Origin: Vermamoeba vermiformis
Lineage: Eukaryota
Assembly (NCBI GenBank): GCA_045837725.1
Contig: JBEWZL010000077.1
Coordinates: 558,001-622,000, forward strand
Length of the DNA stretch: 64,000 bases
Direction of reading: 5' to 3'
The notes under the pieces were generated by a model. It saw only the letters and a list, made by a program, of their open reading frames with translations, was not told the origin of the DNA and made no database searches. A program made the translations under genes and the position numbers. Of the stretch, positions 25,818 through 37,401 are shown one piece after another. Numbering within the stretch: position 1 is the first letter of the stretch; every line of letters begins with the position of its first letter.

Positions 25818-28360
25818 ATGTCTCGCTGGTCTATTTTGCTGTACCTCACTGTGGCGTTAACATGTACCTGCGCCATCGGTACGTTTCCTAAAAATCTTTT
25901 AAAATCAAACCTTTACTAATTATTTTAACAGAGAAGACCAGTCATATCGAGCGAGGGTTCGATATTATGGAGAATAGTCCTAGGATGCATATATTTGACT
26001 TTTCTTCAAACCCAATCCGCGGACAAAAAAATATTTTGTCTGCACCTTTAGTATATACCCCCACAATTAATAAGGACGATTATATTATTGGATATGATGT
26101 GGTATCATTAAGGTAAGAATATTAAACGAGAAGAATGTTCAATAACAGATTCGCTTTAACTTTAGAGTGGAAGTTTCAGTCGCACAATTCTCTTATGAGT
26201 GGAAAGTCGAAGAACTGCCTGTGGATAATTTTTTCACGACAATCGTCAATTTACTACCAAAACAAATCGAAAAAGCAGCCGATCAGCAATTGTACCGCGA
26301 TTTTGTTAGTACCTTTGGTACACATGCCCTGGACAACTGCTCATTCGGAGGAAAAATTATTGCGTCACTTCGTATTCACAAGGACTACTTCAAGGTGAAG
26401 ACGTCGTCATTTATCATAAAAGAGTCAGAGAAACTTGTCGCACAACGCATCTACAGCTTGATCGGCCAACAAACTCATTTAGAAAATATTGACACCGAGT
26501 TTGCCGCGCACTGCTTCATTGACGTAGAATTCGAAGGTATGAAACCGATTACTCTTCAAGACCTAATTTTGCGTTAAGGTGGCAATGAATCTGCATCCGA
26601 AAATGAGTGGATCGGCACGTTGTCGGAAGAGAACACCAAGCCCATTGAATGTAGCGGGCCACATATCTATGAAATCGTGCGCGATGTTGATGTGAGAAGG
26701 AACCTCAAGGTCGTCTTAGAGAAGTACTTGGGCAACAACAAACGGTCGAGCCTTGTTGCAGCTCAATCAGGCGCGACAAACTTGCCGGGAATTGAGAAAT
26801 TTGGCCTCGGTTTGGATGTCACCAACGGCCTCAATAGATTGAATGTATTTGACTTTGAATACACGAGCGGCACAACTTGGAACAACTATGCAACCCCCGA
26901 CGGATGCGCGGTTTCAGACGCTGATCTCTCGAGCTTAAGAGGTATAACAACAAAAAAATCAGTAGTATGTTAGTACGTACCGACGAATATCCTTTGTAGG
27001 CACTTGGGTCTTCGAGGATGTCAATAAGTTCATTGAATGGCAAGCGCAACGGGCTGCGACCTCACCCCAAGGAGGGGTGTTCAGCCAGACTGAAGAAGTC
27101 AAATCGTTCATTAATCAGTAAGTACTTGCCAGCAATGATAAGCGTAATGGATATTAACAACTGAATAGATACTTTGAGAAAATGAATTCGCATACCGTGT
27201 CGTTGGACTACGTGGTCAGCTATCAAATCAAGCTGCAAGGTCCTCCCAAGCTTCACGCCTTCTTCCAAGCTGCAATTGACTCGATGCCCTCGTCCTATAG
27301 CGATGTCTATAAGAAGTAAGTCAAGATCTTCATTAACGGCAGATCTAACAAACCTGTGTAGGTATGTTGGTGACGGGTTCAGTGGTTGGGGCACGCACTA
27401 TTCAAAGGAAGCTGTTATGGGTGGCATGGCTCGGTATGATGCCTATTACTCTAGTTGTATGATTAAGGTCAATTCGACTGAATACCTGACGAAACAAGTA
27501 CGTTTGTCACAGATCCGCATCAAGTCTTGATTTGTACTTACATCTCTTAGGGCGGTATTCAATTCGGCATTATGTCCAGCAAGAACTCGTGGACGTCATC
27601 GTCTGAACTGCTTGACAACTACTACGAGCGAAACGCGATGTCGGTTGCGTCGTTCATCGGTGGAAACTCTGTTCTCTCCGTATCACAATGGGATCAATGG
27701 AGAAGCACAGTAGCGAACAACCCCGAGCGTATCTACTATAAACTTAGTCCTATTGCCGATTTGATCGATGACCCGGCCAAAAAAGCGAACTGGAATCAGG
27801 CTGTGCAAGAGGTCCAACAAGCAGCGCAGCAGAAAGCAGACCGTACGTTCAATATTGGTATAATATAAGTACTAACCTTGTGTATAGAACTCAAGCTTGA
27901 TAGCTTGCTTAAGCCGAAAGTAATCTCCGGTGCGCTGGAAACTCGTGATCCGAATGTGGTTGTCACTTTGGGTAGCAGCGCTGTGAGGCTCGGACCTGGC
28001 CAAAATTTCTCGCCCGCAACATATCACGCCTCGTTAGTATGCTCGCGTGATTCGAACGGCAACCTGATTGCTTCTCTCACAAGGTAATTAATTTGACATT
28101 TGTCAGATTCACGTTAAATAATTCAGTAATCGATTCAAACAGTCGTTAATTTGCCTAATTCGTACTAATAAAATTTCAATAACAGAAATCAGCAAACATT
28201 AGGAACAAGCCAACCTGTAATGAACGGATGCGCGCAAGTCTCAGCTGTGTTCACGGTTGATCAATGGTCGGTGCAAGGAAAAGGATACTGCTGCTTCCCT
28301 CCAACAAAATTGGCTAACGAAGGAGGAGCCTTAGTTGTAAAGGAATGTCAGCTTGCATAG
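25818..28360 (+). CDS. Secreted protein with two tandem MACPF domains and a Cys-rich C-terminal domain (gene B)
   Basis: Signal-peptide-like MSRWSILLYLTVALTCTCA; signatures FVSTFGTHALDNCSFGG (~26300-26350) and FSGWGTHYSKEAVMGG (~27375-27425); LPGIEKFGLGLD; FIGGN..W..TV..NP..IYYKL.PI; C-terminus PATYHASLVC..GYCCFPP..ECQLA*. Confidence 0.85.
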
Positions 28361-28439
28361 TAGTGTAAAGATAAAAAGGATTGTACAAAATGGCGCGCAA
28401 GATTTTTTCCGGCCAGATATTTCTTCGGAGCGAAATTGA

Positions 28440-28463
28440 CCAATCGCGTGCCGTCTATAAATA
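28440..28463 (+). promoter_or_regulatory. CCAAT box plus TATA box upstream of the kinase gene
   Basis: CCAAT at 28440-28444 and TATAAATA at 28456-28463, about 100 bp before ATG 28562. Confidence 0.4.
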
Positions 28464-28561
28464 ACGTTAGCTGAAAACAAACGAATTTCCCAACAGCAAA
28501 GAAATTCTAGCAAAACCCGTACAAAGACCACAGCTTCCGTTCGAGGGATATTTATTTGAAA

Positions 28562-30580
28562 ATGGGTTCCAAGGGCGAAGTTTTGCCCGAGCCATCTGTT
28601 GTGCCGGTGCTGCACGACACTACTGCGGCCTCCTCCTTCGCTAAAGAAGTGAGCGAGTTGGACCTAAAGCTGAAGGAATTAGACGAGCAAATTAATACCC
28701 AAAAAAATATTATGAAGAATGCGATCAAGAAAATTAAACAAGGTGCTTGGGGTAAAGAAATGAAGGAAGTGAAGAAAAATAAGCATAAGCGAAAAAATTC
28801 GGACAATGCTAAGGACTTGGAGAATGAATTGGTATCGAAGCTTCAAATTATCTGCACGGAGATGCAAGGCACTCTTACAACTCTCGCGCATCAAGCGCTC
28901 GATACTCAATCTCGCCTCATTGCGAGCCGAAAGCAATGGATCGAGTTGTTGCAGAAACAAGTTGATGAGAGAAAAGAGAAAATGAAGACTATGACGGTTG
29001 ATGTTGCGCAGGTCGACCCAACACTGCGCATTCAAACCTCATCTGAACTCGAGGAGTTTTTGGAGCAACAAAATGCTTTATTGAGAAACAATTTGCTCGA
29101 CAAGAGCTTGAAGTTGGAGATGATTAATAAGAGCGAGAAGAAGATTTCGAAGCTCAAGGCATTCGAACGCGAATTGGTTTCCAAGGTTCGAACTGCGCAG
29201 ATTGAATTTTTCCTACAAATTTACTAACGTGTATCTTCAGTTCCTCGGTAGCTTCTTGTCAAGCCGATCGTCCAAAGCTGACTTGGTTGAGAAAAACATC
29301 TTATTCGACTCTTCTTACGACTGCGAGCTCTCCTTCAAGCTCGATTTTAGCCCGATCGAGTTCACCCTTTCTGAAGTCCGACAAATTGAAGCTTATGAAA
29401 AAGAGCTCGAACAAGGTTAGTAATCGATACAAACGGCAAACTCAGTTGTGTCTTTCTCCACTTAAGCTTGATCTAACTGTGTTTCCTAAAACAGCTGGCC
29501 TGCTTCTCAAGCTCGAAGATATTCAACTTGGCGATGTTATCGGCGAAGGTGCTTACAGTCTAGTACGCCAAGGTTGGTTGCAAGGCAAACTTGTTGCAGT
29601 CAAGCAACTAAAAACTCTCCGATCTTCGACCATCAAGGCTTTCATGCGGGAGATCAACGCGCTTCGTGTGGCCAGCCAAAGCCCTCATGTAATCAAACTC
29701 ATCGGCGCGTGCACTAAGAACCTGAAGCTGTGCATTGTGACTCCTTACCTGAAGGGCGGCAGCATCCACGACTTGATCTACAAAAAGCACGTGCGATTTA
29801 CTCGAGAGCAATCGTTCAGACTGGCTATTGAAACTGCTAGTGGCATGCAATATTTGCACGAGAATAAGATCGTTCACAGAGACTTAACTCCCACCAACAT
29901 TTTGCTCCATCCAAACGAAAACGGCAAATCGTTTATTGCTGATTTTGGTATCAGTCTGTTCAAGGAAGAAAAGGTATGTAAATCGAGTTCTGTGGTTTTT
30001 TATACAAGTTTTAACGCGTGCTGTTCTAGGGTCCTATGTCCATCTCACCAAAAGGTCACCCGCGATACAAAGCCCCTGAAATCTGCAAGAAGCAAAGTTA
30101 TACTAAAAAAGTCGATTCGTTCATGTTCGGAACAGTCCTTTACATGCTGTTCGCCAACAAGAGACCTTACGAAGGAGTCGATGATGCGGAGGTAAGTAAG
30201 GGATCTGGCTTGCCCCACAGAGCAGTTTTTGATTTACATTATTAGGTCGCTAAGAAAATGTCCGAGGGCCAGATGCCTCCTATGGACGAAGACATTCCAG
30301 AAGACCTCCAAAAACTGATCCTGAGGTGTTGGGATCTTGATTCAAAGGTACGTTCACGAACGCATTTTTTCTTTGAAAATTGACGCTAACGCACTTCATC
30401 TAATAGAGACGACCTCATTTTGACGAGATCTTGCGTATTTTGACCCGAGAAGAGGCGAAAAAGAATTTCTCAAGCGGAAACAAGTCCTTGAGCGCGCCTT
30501 CGATTGATACGCGCAAAGTGAAGTCACTAATTAACAAAGAAAAGAAAAACTTCAACGAGCATAACAAAATAATCGTGTAA
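28562..30580 (+). CDS. TKL-group protein kinase with N-terminal coiled coil
   Basis: IGEGAYSLV, VAVKQL, HRDLTPTN, ADFG, GHPRYKAPE, KVDSFMFG, CWDLD..RPHF; K/E/Q-rich heptad-like N-terminus. Confidence 0.88.
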
Positions 30581-30940
30581 TTCTAAACTCTAGCGAAAAA
30601 TATGTATTATAGAATAATCCCCATGTAAAATAAAATGTACAGCTACAATAACGCCAAATTTCAAACGAACAAGTAGCACGCACTTTTTTGTCTGTACATT
30701 GGCTTGCCAAGCAGATCGAGCAAGTTTTCAAAACTGGTCTGAACAAAAGCTCAAGTGCAGACCGGTGATAAGAATCGAATCACCCCTTTATATCTAAAGT
30801 AGATAGCAGGTTCTTAATGAATTATGTCCGTCTCGTCGGGTTTCGCTCCGTTCACGAAAAAACAAATTATTTACACAGCAAACTCGACCACAACTAAGAC
30901 CTCTATATTATTGCAAGTTAATATTCTATGAGACGATAAC

Positions 30941-33325
30941 ATGAGCGATTCAGTTAAGCGATCTGTTTCGACAATGGAAAAGCAACAGGTAAAATACATC
31001 TTTGGAAACGATCTGATCTGCTGCAATTTAATTCAAAAAATATATATGGTGATAAACGTCAATATATTAATCACATTTAATCATATTAACATATTATACG
31101 AATAAATAATATTTTTACGAATAAACGGTTACTTTTAGTTAACAAATCCAACTCATTCAATAATACGCAAATAATCATATAACATGGTGTTAAATTTTAT
31201 TGTAAGCAGCACTTAAGTTCATTTTGAAATTTGCCGTAGCAGAAATTATTAGATCTCATCTAATTTTTGTTGCTATTTCCAAATAATTAATCTAGTTTTA
31301 CGAAAGGACCCGCAGGCATTACTGCACTTAGAAGGTTGGCTATATAAACTCGAGTCTACATTATTATTCTCAAGTTGGAAGAAGTTTTATTTCGTTCTTG
31401 AAGGTAAATCCAATCATTCGTTGCGCGTTGCAGAAAGTCAGGAACGGAGAATAACATAATAATAATTTTATAGGCGATAAATTATGTATTTACAAGAGTG
31501 AGCGAGACTTGGAACACGTTGGCGTCATAGAACTGCGCGAAATTAAAAATATAAAAATCAGATCTAACCCAACTAAACCAAAAGGTAATATGAAGTTGTT
31601 ATATTAATGCAATAACGTCGGAATACCATCGGAATACCACCTGGTCGAATATTGCAAGGCTATTTTCTGAAGGATCCAGATCCGTTTTTTTGATGGCACG
31701 CAGCTCTAACCGTTTATTTCCCAGATGATAAATTTCAATTTGAATTCACCGTTGATTCCAAGCAGTGGGTGATGGCTACAGATACTGAAGCTGATACTAA
31801 ACATTGGGTCACTAATTTAGAGGTACATTACAATATTCCTTCTTGTTCTAATTAATCAAATACGTTAATTAAGTACATAACACTAATACATGATCCTTAT
31901 AGAGTTGGGTGAATTATTTTACAGAAGATTGGCTCGATGTGCACGAGAACTCTAACTCTACTACTTCAAACGATGCGAGTCCTGATATCGAGGTACGATT
32001 ATAATCATAAACTACTAGAATCATGCATATGGATTTTATAGTTAAATGCAAAATTGTTATATTTTTTTTGTTTAGAAACTAAAGCAAAATGGACCGGGAA
32101 GTCAAGAAGGCACTCAACCAAAGAAAGTTCAAATTACAAATTCAGAGAACGAGAATAAGATTGCGCTAAAAGATTATTATGCAAAGATGAAACGATTGCG
32201 AAGTACACCGAGCGGACGGGATCTGGCTTCTGCTGCTAATGGTACTTCAAGCGAAGGTAGTAGTAAATATATCGACCATACAACAGCTATTTTTTGTTTG
32301 GTATACTTACCGTTCTATTAGCGAATGGAACTACAGCAGTGCATCCGGATGTTACAGAGTTGAACGAAAAGTTAGCAATTTACGAACGCATGGTACGAGT
32401 CAATAATATTCCTGCAGTCGGCAATGAGATATTAAATATTTATTTTAGATGGCGGAGCAAAGAGAGGAGATTGAATTGTATAAAAAGAAAATAGACGCTA
32501 AGGAAGCCGAATGGAAACAGTCTACGGAGCAATTGCAATCGAAATTTGAATCGAAGAAACGATCTTTCAATTTTATTTTGAATAGCAAAGGTATTTTAAC
32601 ACGATTTAAACGAAATTTAATTTCTTGTGCTGACATCTGGTACGCGTAGATCAGCAAATTGAAAAACTGCGACAAGAGAAGTTTCAGGCCTTGGCAAATT
32701 GCAAACAGCTCGATGAAACTAAAGAAGAGCTGGAGGCTAAGAAAGCAGAAGTTAATGAGCTCAAAGAGAAATTAAAACAGACCGAGGAAGAGCTGCTCGA
32801 TCGGCGAGAAAAAGAAATGCAGCGAAAAGAGAAGCAGGTAACGTCGGAAATACTATCTATTATCGATGGTGTCGTTATGTAACGATCCATGGGGAATTTA
32901 TTATACCGATTAATTCCTCCTTTTTGTTATTCCGCACGAAAATTTAATCAGGATCCGATTTGATTTGCCTTATTAAGCTAAACGTTGTTTTAAAGTTATC
33001 GATAAGCTCATAATTTGATATTTAGGACGAGGAAAATGCTCAAGCATTAATTGAGGCAACCAAAAATCAAAAGAGGCTCGAAGACGCGCTACAAAAAGTT
33101 AAAGAGAAGTATTTCTTCGCTATCGGCATGGTATGTAACATAGCCACTATATAGCGTGCAATTAATAGCTAACTCTCAAAATAGAACATAAAGTTGAGCA
33201 CAAATAGCGAATTGAATCTGAACGACCTGTACGCAACAGCTTTGAAAGAACAAATCCCGTTTGAGCAGTGGCAAGATTGGCTCATGCAGCGCTCGAATGA
33301 TGACGATACAGAGGCCCAATTGTAA
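30941..33325 (+). CDS. PH-domain and coiled-coil protein (many small exons)
   Basis: Spliced LEGWLYKL..SWKKFYFVLEGDKLCIYKS..GVIEL..MATDTEADTKHWVTNL (PH); E/K-rich coil; C-terminus EKYFFAIGMNIKL..LNDLYATALKEQIPFEQWQDWL. Confidence 0.75.
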
Positions 33326-34761
33326 GATAGCTAAGTGCACCTATTAATATAATTACTTCTTTACTGCGAGAATTTTGATAATTCTGCCGGAGCAAGATCT
33401 GCTATCCTTCGGACCTTAATCGCTTTTGATTATCAAACCTTTTTAACCAGATATTTGGATTGTTTTAAGAGTGCTCCTAAATTTATCTCAATTCTTTAAA
33501 TAGAATTGAAATCTTTGCCTAATTTTGGACCGAGATCTGTCGTTACATGGGCGCTTTCCTTGCGATGCTATCATACATGTTATTATATCGATTATTAGTG
33601 CCATCAACATTCAGCTCACAAAACAATCTCATTTGACATTTAATCGATCTGCTCTGATACGTGACACGAGGTGCAGATCTGGTTACTGAGCCTGCTTTAT
33701 CTTGATAGACAGTCATATAATTTTGCATTGGCGGAATATTCGGAGGCCTGCTCCGGAATATAACCGCGCTCTTGTTACAAAGATTTGTGATCGGCTGCGC
33801 AAATCATTAAGATTTTAATTTACTACATTTCTATGAATCTAAACCGCGCAGCCATTCCGTTAATTTAATTATGAAAGTATATAGCTTGAATGTTGAAGTA
33901 TCAACGTAATTACGAAGTATACAGTGTGCGCTCAGATCCCAACGGCCTAGTTTTCGTCTGGATCCAACAGCCGCGCTAGGAAAAAGCGGAGGCCCGGGGA
34001 TTTATCGTTTTCATTTGCAAAGGTACTTACGCTTTATCCCGTGTTCGATCTCTGTCATTACGGAATGGATTATTGTCCCGAAATGATTACTTAATTGTCA
34101 AGGCGGTGGATTCGCATCCATTCAGCCAAGATATGCGATGCCAGTGGCCAAGAATGGGTCTGAAATGAGTTTAAACAGGCTTCGCTACATAAGCCGTGCG
34201 TTGTCCATCAGATTTGGTCCGAATCCGTTTCAAATACTCAGCTGTGGTTGCGAGTCTCTACTCTGATTCTTTATGCGTTGAAACACAAACCGCTCAACGT
34301 GTTCATCGCGAGCGATCGACTTGTCGAAATACACACGTAATTTCAATCAATAACTGCGGGTAACTCGATCTATTTTATCTTATTGCTCCTTTTTGGTTAA
34401 AAACAATAGGAGTGGCTTCAATATGTCAAGTAACCGTAAAATCATCGATTAATATCGAGTTATAATGCATTACGTAAGCGCAAAATCCATCAGTCCATCG
34501 CGTGTTTTTTGAAATCTACCCGAAAACTTACTTAATTTGGAGCGATTGACACGAAGGAAACTCGTTATTGCGCGAACCAAACAGATTTTCATTCATTCAA
34601 CAAAAAACTTCTGCAGTCGACCACATTAGGTCACTTATTTATACTTTCAACCTTTATTATTGTTCCGAAGCTACATCTAAAGCCTACCGCAAGGCCTTTA
34701 CGCTTTACAAAGGAACATCAAACCTCAATATTTTTATTTATATATCATACAAAACCACAAC

Positions 34762-37170
34762 ATGTCAACAATAGAATTGGCTCCTGTTAGTTGGAAAGAG
34801 AACTTCAACAGATTGAATGCGCCACTACACTCCGGCAGATCGCGCAGCCGTAGCGATGTTCAATCAGCTAATATTTCGGATATCCTTCCTCCTGAGGTAA
34901 GCCGTCTTAAGAACACTATACAGCAATATTCCATTGTTCCTACGCTGGTTTCATAAAGGATTCCAGAATGATCCGCTCATACTCCGGACCTCCTTTTACC
35001 CGATTCCAAACATTTCAAGTCATTAATGAACACGATTTTAATAACGTTTCAATAGGTTTTGCTTAAAATGTGCAAATTCCTTGGACCTCAAGAACTCTGT
35101 CACTTGGCGCGAACTTGTTCTCAGATGCGCGAATTAGTCGCTCATGAACACAAATTATGGTACGTATTCAATCTTATCGGCAACATTCGATACATATAAG
35201 CAAATATTTCAGCATTTTTTGTTTTGTTTTTTCGGATCGCAGTCCTAAAGAGGAAATATTGCAAAATGTGTCAATCAAGGGTATCACGCGGGAACTTGTT
35301 GATTGACGTTTCTTTTTTGACTCAATGGATCGCGTTCTATTCAATCAAGTCAATGTTTTCTAAATTTGCCTCTAAAATACAAATTCTCGATTTACGGCGA
35401 AGGAGTCGCATCCACTCCGTTAAGAAAAAATCTCAATCCTGATCTTGGCGACTAAACTCAACGGTTTTATCGATAAAAGCATCATACTAATCCATTGCTA
35501 TTCTAGGTCACTCGCCTTTCAAAAGAACTGGCCTAAAACCCACAAAGCTTTGTTGATCCCTCCTGTTCGCTGGAACTTTGACAGCATTGAAAGCAAAGTG
35601 TTCGTCTATCTCATGTCAACCAACGACACCAAGGAAATCAAAAAGAAGAAGTCTGCTTTCAGTTTCAAGATTTGGGGTCAAAACAAATCCGAATCCGCCA
35701 ATCACAACAACGACCTCGCTTTGCCTACTACGAACAACGGTATCAAGACCGTCACCGACGCTTTCTCCAGCAATTGGGAGACCGAAGAACTCGCGCTCAG
35801 AATGAAGGTCCACAAGAACAACTTGGCTTTCCAAAAGGCCGCTTGCTACGTTATTCGCCGTTTGTGCTATTACTCCGACGACACCCCGAAAGAAGAGCGA
35901 CGCGAAGTCGAGTCTAATGTCTTCATCTTTGGCAAGCACAAGGTCGTCAAGGTGATCTCATCTTGCTTGAAGAAGTTCTCTCACGATACCGAGTACCTCG
36001 CTTGGGCTTTCTGCGCTTTGGGCAACTTATCTACTGGTAAGTAGTAGCTACTTTACACTTCTTGAAAAGCGACTCCGGATCCAGTAATGGTTGCGGTTAT
36101 TTTTTTTGCCTTTTAAGTACAAATTTTTTCTTTAAGTAATTTGAAACAATACCGAATTCAATTAGCAATCGTTGGCAATTTCTAATTAATCTGACGGTTG
36201 ATGACGAATGATTGAGCTCTGATTAACTCAAATTTACCAGATCTAAACAAAAACGCCATCTGTTTCATGAAGCACGGTGGTATCGAGACAACTCTCCGTT
36301 TGATGAAGAAGAATTATACCAATGAAGATGTGGTCTATTATGGCTGCTTCTTATTGAAAAATCTTGCCGTTGTCAGCATGCGCAAGTGGAAAACCTACGA
36401 GCAGATCATCGTGGACAGAAAAGGCATTAATACAATCTTGTTCATTATGGAGAAGAACCTGGACAACGTTAAAGTCTTGCGCAGATGCTTGTCAGTATTG
36501 TGGGTCCTCACGAAAGGTAAGCACAAGATTTTGTGATGCATCCGTTACACGAACAGAATTTTAATTCAATTTTCTTTTAGATTACCGTTACATCGTGCCT
36601 GATCGCAAGTTGCCTAAGGCTATGATTAAAATGGCATTATATGTATTCGAGCACCACGCAGACAAGCCTAAAGTCATCATCAATGTCTTCCAGTGTTTGC
36701 GAAATCTGGCTGAGCTGAGCGAAGAGAGCCACAAGCACTTAATGGACCCCGTTATTAAGAACCATATTACCAAAATGCTCGACACTCATAAGAAACACCT
36801 CAATTTGTCATTGGAAGGCCAAATGCTCTTGTTCTCCATGTACATCCGTCTGAAGCCCGAAGAACTGCAAGGCGAAGGCCAAGATTTGCTCTTTGGCATT
36901 GCCGACGACATCATCAAGCAAATGAAGGACCACCCCAACCACATCGTCGTCAACCAGTTCGGCATTGAACTGCTAGCGAACTTCACTCTGCGGGGTGGCA
37001 ACTTGCTCGACCACATCCGCGGTCAAGGCGTCGGTCAATTGCTTAACCGCGCCATGAACAATAAGAAGTTAGCATTCGTCGAAGAGCCCTCGTGGAAGCT
37101 AAAGATCAAATACATCGTCGCTCATCAAGACGACCACGAAGCTCAAGAGATTGACTTCGATAACATGTAA
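34762..37170 (+). CDS. F-box and armadillo-repeat protein
   Basis: ISDILPPE|VLLKMCKFLGPQELCHLARTCSQMRELV..LW (F-box); ARM-like WAFCALGNLS, HGGIETTLRLM..YGCFLLKNLA and CLRNLAE. Confidence 0.8.
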
Positions 37171-37401
37171 TGTAAATACTCAATTTTGTCAAATAATCAT
37201 GTAATATAAAAGCGAAAGTTGTTAATAACACCTTGTGGTTTGTCTACACATGTTTAAACGTCCTTACGTCGTTCTCCTAAAAATCGAAATTTGATCCGCG
37301 GTTCTGTCAGTCCTGACATTTTTGATTTGCTTTTACTTAATTTTGTTCTGTACAACGAGCACTAAACTTCAGTAATTTATCTAGGATTCTCGTCCAATAG
37401 C

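Noticed and set aside
33330-34760. Long (~1.4 kb) intergenic region as a possible ncRNA locus (GTACTTAC at ~34023 resembling the U1 5' end; weak C/D-box-like motifs; hairpin at ~33731-33767)
   Set aside because: No convincing snRNA, snoRNA or tRNA structure by eye; an Infernal/Rfam scan would be needed.
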